64,000 bases of DNA. Source: Chrysomallon squamiferum (lineage: Eukaryota; Animalia; Mollusca). The notes below the pieces were generated by a model, which saw nothing but the letters and a program-made list of their open reading frames with translations, was not told the DNA's origin and did not search any database. The stretch lies in NCBI GenBank assembly GCA_012295275.1, contig CM022665.1:22010001-22074000 (forward strand). The letters are read 5' to 3'. Position 1 is the first letter of the stretch. The number at the start of each line of letters is the position of its first letter. A program made the position numbers and the translations under genes. Positions 1 through 29,226 of this stretch are shown piece after piece.

Positions 1-488
1 ATGTAAATTACAAATATTCTTACTCTTATTCTGTTTGCAAAAATGAGTTGTTTTCTTAATAAAAGAATAACTGAATCAAAAGAAATATAACCAAGATCCA
101 ATATAACTGAGTGAAAAATAAAAAATAAAACAATTTGTTCCGATTTTAAATTAATGCTGACGTCCAGATGAAGCTACATTAAAGATCTACATTAATACAT
201 TTTTAAACTCAGTTGGAGATAGATTGTAGAACAGATAATGAAGTCGAAGGTTGATTGAAGAATTGCTCTACTCAGCGGTTGAGGATCAGCTGATGGATTA
301 CTGAAGAACTGTAAACCTCAATTACTGTTGATTAAATAAAAGATTATCATCAGCTGGAAGTACGTATATCAAAGAACTGCTGGTCAGTTCAAATTAAGAC
401 GAAACTGCTGTAGGTATTATCAGTGTGATGTCATTTTTGTGTTGAGATTAATTTAAACTTTGGTATTTTAATTTATTTTTTTCCCCAG

Positions 489-3400
489 CAACAACAGAAG
501 ACAAAAATCGACAGAATTACATCCATGAGTTGATCAACACGGAAGAAACATATATGGCTGACATGTCCATTGCAAGCAAGGTATTTTTATAAAAAGAATT
601 TAGGAACATTTATCTCATTTTTGTTTTAAAATTAAAATAATAAAAAGCTGGTTTTCGTATATATAAAAAACCGTATCTGTATTTTATTTTTGGTACATTT
701 GACATTTTGTTTCATTTACAGGCTTTTAAAGAACCTTTGAAGGAATCTAAAGTACTATCTGAAGAAGAACTGCAACAAATATTTGTAAACTGGAATGATC
801 TTATTATTTGCAATATGAAATTACTTAAGTATGTATTGTATAAAATTGTCACAAATCAGAGCTTTATGAAAATTGCAAAATAATATAGTAATTTAACAGA
901 TTTAATTGCAGTAATCATGTAGAATAGAATTTAATGATACAACAATTCATCATTTGGAGCTTTTAAAATATTTATTAATTTTTTGTTCAATAATATTTTT
1001 GGTAATGTTACTGGTAAAGTCAGTGTTAATTAATGTTTAACTGGTAATGTGTATGTATTGATATTTAATTTTAATTTATCTTCATGACGTACTTCAAATG
1101 TCCTCTTTAGACATTACAATATTATTGAATAAACTGATAATTGAAAAACCTGTTTTTCATTTCTGCATTACAGTGCTCTGAAGGTGAGGAAGAAGATGTC
1201 TGGCAAAGGCAAACCAATTCATGGGGTTGGAGACATTTTGTGTGAGAATGTGAGTCTCTTAAATAATTTCATTAGGTTGATGTGAAAAATCAAGACATGT
1301 TTAAAATTAACATGAATAAATCGATAAATGAGTTAGTAATTAAGCAAATAAAAAATCTGGAAAATAAATATTTTTTTAATGATTTCTTATATCTGACTAA
1401 ATAAAACTGAGTGAATTAAGGAAATATTAAATTTGTAAACTATATTTGTTGTGTGTTTGTGTGTGTATGAGCATGTGCATGAGCATGTGCAAGTGAATGT
1501 ATGTCTGTATGTGTGTATATTTAGACAGATACATAGGTGTATAGAATTTATTTATCTGTATATCTAATAGAAAAAAAAAGACTGATTAATTCAAGAGATA
1601 AAGACTGTTACAATCAAATAAATATCGTCTGTGTTTTATATTGTAGTTGCCACATTTGACACCATATGTACGCTTCTGTAGTTGTCAGCTTTCAGCTGCA
1701 GCTCTGTTACAGCACAAATCAGAAAGTAGTCCTGAATTTGTAGAAGTCCATAGGGTGAGGATGTTATCAATACTAGCTTAGTTGTAGTGTTTATCTTTAG
1801 ATATTTTCATTTCAAAAATTCACTTACAGTAGAATGTTGATTATTCAGTAGGTCACTGTTTGGATAAATGAAATATTGATGGATGAGCATTGCATTAAAG
1901 AACAGAAATTTAAATAATTAAAAATCATTTAAAACTTAAAAGTTTACAAAATGTTTACTTATTTTCTAACATTTACAAAAAAAATAAAAATAAATTTATT
2001 AATGTTAATTTATTTGGTAAATTTATACTAGTTTTGAAATGAAAAACAATTTTCTTTTTTTTTTCCCCCCAGAAATGTATGCAAGATCCAAGGACCAAGA
2101 ATATGCCATTAAGTAGCTTTCTTCTGAAGCCTATGCAGAGAATAACAAAATATCCACTTATGATAAAAGAGGTACGTTAGAGCAGTAACCATTAAAAAGA
2201 TTATGTATTGGATAATACCTATTTTCAGGTTAAAGTATAAATTTATGACTAATGGATTTGCCATGAATTTTTTTTTATTACTAACCTGATATTTTATTTT
2301 TATTTGAATTTGGTGTTATTACCTTACTTTATCGCCTAATTAGTAGTTAAATTAATATATAATTACTCTGATCATCTATTTCTTACTTAAATAATATTTT
2401 CCAAAATTAAAATTTTGTATTGTTTTAGACATACCAAATACATATGTTTTTTCTTCTTTTTTTGCAATAATGTTTTCTAGATTCTAAAATATACACCAGA
2501 AGACCATCCAGACAGACAGAATCTGGTGGATGCACTGGCTAAAGCTGAGGAACTATGTAACCAGGTCAATGAGGGAGTGCGAGAAAAAGAGAATTCAGAT
2601 CGTTTAGAATGGATTCAGACACATGTACAGTGTGATGGACTGCCTGAGGTATATATTTATTACAATCACAATTTTTCTCTGTATGTAAATATTCTCTTTA
2701 TGCCTGTACTTTCTGTGTGTGTCCTGTGTGTTGATGTCATTTAGATTAGATGTGTATTTTGTGTTGCCCGAGTTACCTGTACATCCATTATGATTTTATA
2801 CCTTGTATATGTTTTTGTAAATTGATATCTTTAACTGATGGGAATGGTAGATTTGAGTCATATCTTTATGTATCTTTCTGTACTGAAAAGTTGATCTTGA
2901 TATTTATTTGTATTAGAGTGTATTAGTGTATATGGGAAAAGGGAGTTACAGGATAGAGAGGGAGCAAGAGAGCAAGAAAGAAAAGCAAATAAGGGAGGGA
3001 GTGAGTGTAAGGGTAGAATGTTGGAATATCTATTAAACATTGCATGGACGTCTTTTAATTTGCTGTTTCTCTTTTTCAGAAAATTATATTTAATTCTGTC
3101 ACCAACTGCCTTGGTCCCAGAAAATTGTTGCATACAGGAGTGTTATTTAAGGTAAATGCATCTCAGTAATTATCATCAGAATAATGTAAATTCAGTGTTA
3201 CATTTAATAATCCATCATAATTATTATTTAGATAGTTTAGGTTTTCAAATACAAAGTGAAATAAAGTATGCTTTAGTCATATTTTATTATATCTTATTCC
3301 TGTATTGATTTATTTAAACTGTACATTGAGTTCCTTCATGTGTGGCTATGTATGTTTGTGTATGCATGCATGAGTTTCTTCATTTCTTTGTATATTAACT

Positions 3401-6400
3401 TGAACATAACAAATGCTATCTGTTTAAATAAATGTTTGAAATTTGTCACAGGTACAATTGTATTGTAATAATATTCTGTTTGATTTGTTGCTAAGTGTAT
3501 TCATTTGTATTTGTTATAACAACAACAACAACAATAACAAAATAATTATAATCTAATATTAATAGAGTTTTATTGGGGTTTTTCAGGTGAAGAGTAACAA
3601 AGAGTTGTTAGGTATTTTGTTCAATGATTTTCTACTGCTGACTCAGCCATCTCGACCTCTTGGTACTAACACATCAATGAGATACATTTTTGACCCAAAG
3701 AGCAGTCTTACCTTCAAAATGTATAAAAATGTGAGCTTGATTTGATATCTAATAAATAAATGAACCGATTAAAATGAACTGATTGTAAAACATAGTACAA
3801 AAAGGTATTGGTAAAACAAAAATAATTTTAAAAAAAGTATTAAAAATCCCCAAAACATCAAAGAAACAACACAAAAAGACACCATCAGTGTATAGTATAA
3901 AAATTAGAAATACAAAAAAGAAAAACTTCTAAAAAGGTTCTTAAAAGATTTCTTTTAACTCTTTAATACATGGAAATAAGAAATAATTTATCTGAAGTGT
4001 ATTTTAATTATGCACATAGGCTGAAATAAATTTTACATATTTTGTTTTTGCTTATAAATATAAAGTATGATAATAATGAAAAAATGAAAAAATATTTGTC
4101 AGCCATTTTCACTCCTTGATTATGAAATATCACTTAAAGAATTATAATGCTATTTTATGAATCTATTGTTCTCTGTGCAACTATCTGGAAATTGCAGTTT
4201 TCCATGCAGGTAGTTAACCATTGTTATTTTTCTTAAAGCCTATTGTTCTGAATGAAGTAATAATTATCAAGCCAACAGAGGAAGACTCCGATCCTTGTCA
4301 GTTTCAGATTCGTCATGACTTTGACAGAGTACATAACCTCAGAGCTCTGAATGAGACAGAGAAGTCAGTATTTTACAGTTTTATATAATAGATCTGTCCA
4401 GCACTTGAAATTACTTAGAAAATTTAGTTTTGCCATGCGTTATATTCAATATATTTTATATTTTGGAATAAGAAGCAAGTTAATGTTAAAATATACACAT
4501 TTTAAATTCAAAACATGTCGTTTAAGGTGAAACATAGTTTTGATTACTTTTTTATTTAATGAGCCACATTTCATAAATAACTGGTTTCCAAATATTGGGC
4601 CATATTTTATGGGCTTCAGTGGATAATACAAGAACACATCCTTCCACATAGAAGTGATGTTTGTCATTTTTGGGGGGAACGTAGTGTGTTGCTTGGAGAA
4701 TGTTGCTATTAAATTTTGTTCCTTACGAGGTTCAATTACCTTATTATTTGATTTTGGATATTGTAAAGTAAAAAAGTGTTCATTGTTTGTAAATATTATT
4801 ATTATTATACATACTTTATTTATTATTATTTTTAACTTTTTTTTTTTTTGCTTGTTGTAGAGATTTATGGATTAGGCAGATAGAAACAGCATCAAGGCAT
4901 TATTTAGAAACAGAAAAACGCAAGCGAGAACGTGCTCATTCCAGTAAGTTGTCTTTTTCTTGTTGTTTTATCTTTACTGAGCAAAGCATTTAATTTCTTA
5001 AATGGTTTAAAGATTTCAATTTGAATAATTAATTTGCAATTTAAATATTATTACTCACTTATTTTAAGCAGATTACTTGAAAGAAAAAATATAAAATATT
5101 AAAATACATTCAGTTAAAAAGAAATGTTTTATTTAATTAATTGTTTATTTATTTTTTGTTTTGTATACTTGATAATTGTTCTTTTCTAGGCTGTTTATTA
5201 TATTAAAAGACAAATATTTACATGTGTGAAATAACTACTAATTTTAGTATTTTTTAATTTATGTGTATTTAATGCCTTACTTATTGCAGCTTTTCACATC
5301 TTTTAGCTTCAACAGAAACTTCTCAAATGTCATTTCAAATGTTGTAATTTCAAAACCTTTTGAAAGACAGTTTTGAATAATACTATAGGCATTTCATAGT
5401 GATTTCTATTTCAGTATTTCACAGTAATTTTATAAAAAATATTAAATTATAATTTCATCATATAATCATTTTGTAGCAGCTACGACATACCAGAAAATGT
5501 CATTCCCACTGACTTCTTAAACCACTTTTTAATAGCACTTAGGGTTTATTCTCATAACTAAATATTTCATTAAATATCTTTGGTGTATTCTTAGCACAAT
5601 TACGCGACAAGCCAGTTGGACGTCTGCTAGTTATTATAATGGAAGGGATAGGGCTAAAATCCTGCAAAGAACATGGTGAGAAGGAGTTGTTTGCCCTCAC
5701 AGCTCTTGTCATGTTGTGGTAGAACATTACCATAGTTGCACCTTAAACCTGCCTATAATACTGATTGCATGCCTCTGTATTAACTGTAGGTTTTTAGGTT
5801 CGAGTTACTTATGCATTTCTTTCTTTGCTGAGTTCATTGTTAATATTTCCTAATGTGGCTAAATGTCATTTCTTGGTATCATGCACAAATGCAAAAATTG
5901 TAATATATTTTGTTTATGTAATAAGGCAAAAGCCAAAAAAAACCAATTAAATTAATTAAAAAAATACACAGTGAAAATAAATAAAGTAATAATAAAATGT
6001 AATTAAATAATATTATTATTAAAAAAATAATAATAATAATATATATATATGTTATTATTACATTTTTAAATGAAGTTTTAATTACACACAAAAAATAATT
6101 TTAATAAACTTTTTAATGAAATAAAACATGAAATAACTTCTACATTTTTACAGTTACCAATATTTTGAAAATAATATGAAAGGAAATTTTTGTGCATGAA
6201 ACTAATGCATTCATGTTGTAATTCTCTTTACATATGTATGTGTGTGAGTGTTATTTAAAAAACAAATTTGCTTGTTGCATGCTGTTTTTTCTAAACATCA
6301 GTGAGGCGAACTCCAGGAATTGGTCGTCTTCTGGTTGTTATTCAGGAGGGTTTTGATCTCAAAGCAAGTGATGATAATGGTATTGTGTTTTCTCATTTTC

Positions 6401-7985
6401 TGAAAAAAAAGAAAAAAAAACCCAGTAAATAAATAAATAATAAACTAAAAAATACATACATAAATATATATATATATAAATTTAAAAAGTAAAATATGAA
6501 AAAAAAAAAAAAAATCAAATGTAATAGTTTGCAGCAATTTTAATATAGATTTCTTGTTACTATTATTTTGTTTTAAATGGAAACTACTTTTTTTTATTAT
6601 TATTATTATAGTGTGCAATTGTTATTAGCAAACATTTATTTAGGAAAAGCAGTTACAGTTAATGTTATTAGTTATTAGCAATTTTATTCCAGTAATTGAC
6701 TTTTTTAAATAAATAAATGCTAGTAGTTGTTAACAGATGTATTTCTTTTGCAAGTTATTTTAACAAATGTTAATTTTTATTTATTTTTAATTGTTGTAAG
6801 AAACACATTAATGACAGACATTCTGCTGTTAGCACATGCAAAAATCCCAGTAAAACCTAAAACTGGCTTTCACCTAACAAAATCCTTTTCAAAACCTTCC
6901 ACAGCATATTTCACTCACAAAAAGTCATTTTTTGAGATAATTGTAATAAATAAACTTTTTGATGCATAAATAGTGCTGCCTACCAATAAATTATCAAAAC
7001 AGTGATCAAACTTAAATATTTTTTTTAACTGAATTTTATCACAGGAAGTTTTTAATGGTGAGAATAATTATCCATGCATTTTATATTATTATAAAGAATT
7101 TAATCTAATGTACCTTTTTTTTTTTTTTTTTTTTTTTTTTCAATTAAAGAAAAAAAAGGAAAACATAATAATGAGTTGTTTACTGTTATTTTGTAAAGTG
7201 TAATTTAGCTATAAATTATTTGTTACTTTGTATAGGTAAAAGTGATCCATACTGTGAGGTTAGCATGGGAACTCAGGAACACAGAACAAATGTTATCACT
7301 GGAACACTCAACCCCAAGTGGAACAAGTCTATGCAGTTTACAATTAAGGACATAGACCAGGATGTTTTGTGTATAACAGTATATGACAGAGACCTCTTTT
7401 CTCCCAATGGTTTGTTTTATATTTTGTTATTTTCTATAGAGGGTTGAAATTTTCACACAGAAGTTTATGTATATTACACAAATGTGTTTTATTTGTGCAT
7501 TTGTGTGTATTCATGTTTAAACATAATTTAAATTATTTTATCATCAAAAAACCTCCATAGGAAAACTATACTGTGTGTTTAATTTTTTTTTGTCATATCC
7601 ATTAAATACATCGGTATAATACAAGAATGTTAAATTTTATTTTATTACATTTTGATTACAAAATAATGTGGCTGTCTTCTTACTATAATATACACATAGG
7701 AAAGTACCTTCAAATGAATATTAATATTTCTTCTTCTTTTTTTAAATTTAAAACATACTTGATCTAGTAAAATACATACCTATATATTTTATTTACAGTC
7801 ATAAAGTTCTTTTTTTTTCTTTTTCTTTTTTAGATTTTCTGGGAAGAACTGAAGTTAGAATCAAAGAAATTCTTAAAGAGGGTGAAAATAAAAAAGGGCC
7901 ACTGATTAAAAAATTGACTTTGTTTGAAGTGGATTCAGGGGAAGTTCAGGTCAAACTGGACTTGCAGATATATAACCAGTCATGA
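489..7985 (+). CDS. ITSN: Intersectin long isoform, 3' part (RhoGEF DH, PH and C2 domains); 5' exons lie outside the window
   Basis: Phase-consistent GT-AG exons: 489-580, 722-828, 1174-1249, 1647-1754, 2073-2171, 2481-2648, 3080-3151, 3587-3730, 4239-4363, 4861-4943, [5595-5675 or 6302-6379], 7236-7409, 7834-7985 (TGA at 7983-7985). Translation includes [113 protein letters not shown] and VKLDLQ, matching the ITSN1/2 DH-PH-C2 region. Confidence 0.95.
5595..5675 (+). CDS. ITSN: Intersectin alternative exon A (C2 beta-strand 1 plus loop 1): (T)[26 protein letters not shown](G)
   Basis: ttag| acceptor, |gtgag donor, 81 nt, phase 1-1, open frame, paralogous to exon 6302-6379. Confidence 0.85.
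6302..6379 (+). CDS. ITSN: Intersectin alternative exon B (C2 beta-strand 1 plus loop 1): (M)[25 protein letters not shown](G)
   Basis: tcag| acceptor, |gtattg donor, 78 nt, phase 1-1, open frame, paralogous to exon 5595-5675. Confidence 0.88.
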
Positions 7986-10900
7986 CCAAGACCATCCATT
8001 TGAATTTACAGCTAACAGCAGGGTTTTGTCATCTCTTCAATTTTGTAATTTTTAAAGGCGGATTAGCTACTTGTTTTCAAAATAAATTTAGTTAAAACAA
8101 TAGAAAGAAAATAATAATCATGTTACAAGCAAATTTTCATGTTTCAGTGAAATGGTGTAGCTTTTATTTTAAAAGCAAGAATAATTTTAATCTGGTGATG
8201 TTTTTTGTTGTTTTGTTTTGTGGTTTTTTTTCTTTTTTTTTTTAAAAAGCCAAAATATTTCTCCTCTTCCCATACTTTTGAAGAAAAAGTTTGAAGAAAA
8301 TGTATTTTAAACTGTGTTTAATTTTAACATTTTGTGGATTTGTTGAAACTGATTTGAGGTTTTGACTAATACACATCCATTCTATGCATTCAGACCTATC
8401 AGTATTTGCATTTAAATAATCAACATAATACTAGATATTACTGTTACTACAATTATTATACTTTTTATTATTAATAGTACTATTTATATATAAATAAGAT
8501 AGCCATATACATTAAAAAAACCTAAATGTCTCCCAACTCCATTTTTTTATATTCTTACAACTTAATATTTTATACCTATTTGTTTTATTTATAAAATAAT
8601 CTTAATAAGAATAACAAAAAGGCCTAATAAATCTTCTTGATGAAGAAAACAGAACAGAAAACTAAACAAAATCATTGTTTTGTTGTCGCATTTGATTTTA
8701 TATGTATGTTTTTATTCTCATTAAAAGGGATTTTGGCACAATCCATTCAAATTTATTCACCAATTTTGTCACATTTATTACAAAATATAAACATTTCTAC
8801 AACACATATAGATTTGCAAATAAATATATTAATATGGTGCATATGAGGTTGCCAGATTTTCTAAAACATCTTGTTTGTTGTAATATAATTGATTGATGAA
8901 TGGTTTGTGAACAAGTTGTAATATTGTGTTAAATTCTATTTTTTCATAAATGTTTAATTATTTACACAGTAATTCTTAATTACTACTACTAATCCACAAT
9001 TTCATTATCAAAAACACAGAAGTGTCCTATCTTTTAGGATATTTGACAATCCTAAATGTGTAACAAATTTGTAAATTGAAAAACGTTTTTAAAATATATT
9101 AGTATTATCTTGTTAATTTTTTCTTTTAAAAGCTACAAATTTAAACCAATGAAAATTAAATATTAAACTGTGTACTTTTGAAAATTACAACAAACAACAC
9201 GGCTTTTGTTATTATGTAGCACATAATTATTTATATAATACAATCTATTTATTAGTTTTGGAATTTTATTTTCAAATTTATTGCAGGGGGTTTTTGTCGT
9301 TTTTTAAAAACTTTATTAGTATTTTTGGTCCATTATTTTATTTATCAATTTTTTTTTTTTTTATTACTATCTATAAATATTTGATTATTTGTAGTGCTAT
9401 CATTGATTTTCACTTTTCATTCACATTTTTTCAAATTGATTATCTCTTCATTAAAATGACAAATTTTAGTAATTTATTTATTGTCAGCAACAGCTTTGTT
9501 ATCACTGATCATTAATATTTTATTTTTGTTAGTAGGAATGTTTGTGCAAACTGATACATTTAATTCCTTACCACTTTGTTGATTTTCAAATGCCAGTCCA
9601 GGCAGTGGCAAAAATAATATATATCCTCCATTTTTTTCCCCCCAGTTTCTCTTGTTTCCTTTTATTATGAAATAGGTTTCATCTTAAATGCTATATTCAC
9701 TAGTATGGTGCCCTTTTCATTCCAGCAACAGTGGATCCACTCCTGATTTTTAACATTTATTTTGTTATTAATCAGGAACTATTACTAATGGTTTTTAATA
9801 CTACTACTACTAATAATAATAATAATAATAATGTTAGAATTTATAGTTTGTGCAAATTAGAAAAAAAGATATGGAATCTTTTTATGTTTGTTTGTAAATA
9901 ACAATTTTAAAATAATTGTATCTATTATGTTATCATATGGTAAAGGTCAACAGATATCTATATTTTTTAAAAGTTCCTTTTATTTTATTTTACTTTTTAG
10001 GATTTGCATCTGTTTTATTTTGCATGTATGGGAACAAACAGAACAAAATATAATGTCTATAAGAATGGAAATTGTTAATTTACTATATCTTTAATGTTGG
10101 TTGGTTACTTATTTTTTTGAAGTTGCCATCATATTAAAATATGTACAATTATGAATTAAAATAATAATAATAATAAAATAATTATTTAATGAAAAAAATG
10201 AATTATAGTCATATACTTCTGTTTAAGAAAAGTTCTCTTAATGTGTTTTTTAATTACAACTAAATAACATACTGCAGCAATATTTTCTAATTATGTACAA
10301 TGGATAATTAATTTTTATAATTGTACAAAGGTGCAATTTTTGTTAAAGGCAAATTTAATAAACTGAAAAACAGCATTCCTATTGAACTGAAATATAATAT
10401 ATATGCTCTTCTCAGCTTTTTTCTTTTTTATATTTTTCTTTTTTCTTTTTTAAATTTGTTGTATTATTGCATAAAATCGTTACTGGAAATCATTACTGTA
10501 AAATAAAAAGAAAAGATTACACCTTCTTAGTCATACTAGCACTTTTTTATATTGACCCATATTATGTTGAACATTCGGTTAATTACTGGCATCTGTCATG
10601 ATTACGTCACTTTCATAAACTATTGTTGCGACATGCTGTTCCAGTGAATTCTTTTAGACTAATGAGTTTCTGTGAATGTTATATTATTTACCTAAAGATG
10701 CATTTTCATTTTATTTTACCTTTATTTTCTGTTTATTTTAATGGTAGTAATGTTATTTTCTAATAAAGAAGTATATTAATTTTTCACTTATATAATTTAT
10801 TATTATTACTATTATAATTTTTGTTTATGCTTCAAGATGTAATATGAATGTGAAACAAGGGTAAATCACAAGTTCTTTATAATCATTAGATGATTTGGGT

Positions 10901-11544
10901 TACAAATAAAAAGAAATAAATTAAAAATTAATACTTTTGATAAAGATTGTTTTTAGTAAAACTTAGCAGTTGTATAAAATGTTAACTACGATTAGAACCA
11001 AATACTATTTTTATTTTGTCACCTTAACTGGACAGCAGAAATTTTTTTATTTCCATTTCATTTAAACTTAATTAAATTTATTATGCTGTTCCTCATAAGG
11101 AAGTTAATGATGTTATTTTTATTATATTATTATTATTAACAATAATACAATTAAGAAAAAATTAAAAAGTTAAAATATAATCTGTTTAATGGAAGACAAA
11201 AATGGCAAATGATTTCATTCTTTTTGTTTAAAACATAATACCAAACTTGCTGCCATTTGTTTTACAAAATGACTCAATACTGTGAAAAACAAACATTATA
11301 ACTTTAAAATAATCTTTATTTTAAGTTATAGATGCACTGAATGTACCAAACTATATTATGCACTGTTACTGGAATTGGATCTGAAAAAAGATGTTTAAAA
11401 TTTTAAATCTTTTATTTATTTGTTCTTAACAAATCTTGCACTGCTGATTGATATTAATAGTGATTTTAGAACAAACTATATTGTTCATCTACCATTGTTA
11501 TACATTTGGATATGTGTATGTATAATATCAACATATACATTATA

Positions 11545-11581
<37 letters not shown>

Positions 11582-12469
11582 TTCCTTTCATGGAAATAAA
11601 AAAACATCACTGAAATTGTTATTTTTTTTAATTATTTTTTTTAATTATTTTTTTTTACTTTTAATTACTGAATATATGCGTAGATTAGAGTGTCATTTTT
11701 TTCAAACTGCCTGAAACGGTTTTGATCTGAAAGCATGATTTGTGCACTTAAATTCTCAAGCAACAACTGGCAGAATATCCTTCAAAAAAAACTTGTGTGA
11801 ATAGATGGATGAAAATAACACAATGGCTAAATACACATTTGAAATTAAATGCATTTTTTAGAAACCAAACTGATAACAGATTCAGACCTCAAGAATGATC
11901 CACTGATATTATTATTTTTTTATTTTTTCAAACTCTTTAGAAATAGATGCCATAAAAGTAAATAATCATTTTCCTCGTGTCATATGAAAAGTTTCAACTA
12001 AGGTAATTGGCCATGTTCTTTTATTATTTCATTTATTAAATAGTAGTATTCTAAATAATTAAATAGGCTATTGGTTAACTGTAAAAAGTATTCATTTGTT
12101 CTTTCTCTTAGTTTATTTCTCTTAGTTTATTTGTTGATTATTATTTTTAAAGAAACAAAATGCAAATAAAATAATCAAAACAAAAAATGACAACAACAAA
12201 AAACCTTTAGGTATATGGACATTTTTAAAACTTCCATGACACTTATTTCTAACCTAAATTAAACATGCAAAAGCTCTATAAAATATACACGTATTACTAT
12301 AATGTTTACGAGTTTTTAAAAAATATTTTAAAAAAAAAAAAAAAAACCACAGAAAAACAAGTGATTGTTGTATACATGATGTATACATTTACACAGTATA
12401 AATAAAGAACTGAAAGAAATTAATATTAATTTTCTTATCTGCATGAACAGGCCCCAAAAAGGACAAATA

Positions 12470-12878
12470 AAGGTTGTGCTCGAAGTGGCGCAGGATATCT
12501 GGCCAGGCTAGTATGTAGTATTACTAGTAACGACAATTAAAATAACATCTCTAGACTAGACTGTAGCCACTGTAGGGACAGAAACAGATGTAAATTGTGC
12601 AGTAATAAATATATTTTATCTAATCAACATAAATTATTATTATACAAGTAACCTAATACCGGCAGTCATTTTTGGTGGCTCTGAGGTTTGCTTAAGCTTG
12701 ATGGTGGTCCCCAGTGGATATTGCGTTGTTTGTTATTTTATCTTTACGTCAGAGGAAGTGGAATCCCCAGCCTCTTCCTGAAACAGCCGCCATCTTGGTC
12801 GGCTTTAGGTCGAAACATTGCCTAGAATATTGATAATTTTTGTTAAATCTATTCAAGATTCCTCTCTTTACACCAACA
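12470..12878 (+). promoter_or_regulatory. CpG-rich promoter and 5' UTR of the RSK gene
   Basis: Local CpG enrichment in otherwise CpG-poor DNA. TTACGTCA (CRE/ATF-like) at 12744-12751, AGGAAGTG (ETS) at 12753-12760 and GCCGCCATCTTG (YY1 consensus) at 12786-12797, just upstream of the ATG at 12879. Confidence 0.7.
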
Positions 12879-27517
<14,639 letters not shown>

Positions 27518-29192
27518 CTGATACTGCCAGTACAGACAGATTTACTACATGTTCCATTATAACCAGTTAGGAGAATCTCACCAGGTATGGAAGATCTAGA
27601 CCACAAAAGAGAATAGGTCACAATAATTTTACTAAAAAAAAAAAGTTAAAAATTAAAAAAAACTTAACAAAAAAAACGAACCTGATGAAGATCAATAGTC
27701 TCTAGCATACACAAAAAATATGACATTTAATAAATACATCAGAACCAAAGTTCAGTTACTAACAACCTTGATGTGTGACATGGCAGTTAACACCTATAAT
27801 ATATAACATAGTGTCATAGAATACATACATATGTTTTCCTAATATTCCACTACTCTAGATCTCTTAAAAACTGTCTACCTATTGTAATGTGTGCCGTAGC
27901 AATGACAGACTGTGTAATAAACTGAAGCCGAGAACTACTGATTAACAGGAAAGAAATATTCTAGTGCAGATGGATTACACAATGTATTGAATTTATGCTT
28001 TAAATCAAATTGTAGTTTAACTGTGATTATTAATAATCAAATGACATGGCATATGAAATATTTGTGGAATTGTCCTGTCCTATGGTGCATAATTTGTGTG
28101 TTCCGTGGTCTCGGTGTGTGGAAAATGATGGCTGCTTCATTCTATTTTGTATCCATATTGAGTTGAAAATTCTATTTCACATATTTTTTTAATATATAGC
28201 ACACAAATAATCTTATCTCAGAGGTACATTAAAAAAAAAAATTGTTACATTAGTTGTAGCAGAAATGTACATAGGCTGTACATAATTGGAGCATTATTTG
28301 TATTTGTACTGCAAATTAATGGCTCATTACTGGTTTAATATTCTGATATTTTGTTTAGCTCAAACAAATATTTAAAATATCTTAATGTTGGGCTCTGTAT
28401 CTTGTATGGTCACAAACTGCTTTTCTGTTAACCTTGTTAAATCTGTATTGATAGGTTACACATATAACAGTTTTGGTTATATATATGGACATGTATGTGA
28501 TTGAATAACTGCAGTTATTGATATATATAAGTAAAAGAATAGTTTCCATTAGGTTACGAAATACTGGTGTTTCTTTCCAGGGGGTCATGTAAAAATCTGA
28601 AATACTTAAATAAAACAAAAAATTGGTTTACTATTTTCTTTTTTCAATTTTCTTTTTTTTTTTAATTGAAAATAAAATATAATCTAACAAGATTCTTTCT
28701 GCATAGTTTACAGATGTACTTTGATCCAAGTCTTTCAGTGAGGTCAGGGAAAATTTTGAAAACTTGTATTGTCCAAATGGTTATTAGGTCTGGCTGTGAA
28801 ATAACTTGTTTTAAACAATATGTACATACATAGCAAAAAATTTGTTTTTAAAGACACCTAAATTAAAAACTAGGTGTTGGATTTTAAAAATGGGAAAAAA
28901 ATACAAATTCAAAAAATCATATATATATATAAAATAACAATAAATAAAACAAAAATAAACAAAATATTAATATATTTACGTTTGGCAACTGTCCCCTATA
29001 ATGAATAATATATACTGAATTCTTTGAAAAAGATAATGGTGCTATGAAGTTATATTAAGTGTTCAAAACCATCATGTTTAAATATTGTAATATTAGTATT
29101 AACCACAGGCAGATCTCTATGGTTTCTGTAGATATGTGATTTGGAAAATATTAACATTGCTAGTACAATGGCATTTTCAGTTTACTTTGATG

Positions 29193-29226
<34 letters not shown>

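Noticed and set aside
150-430. CTGAAGA...GACGAAAC words suggesting a hammerhead ribozyme
   Set aside because: I could not build stems I-III around the core. It is probably a degenerate repeat fragment.
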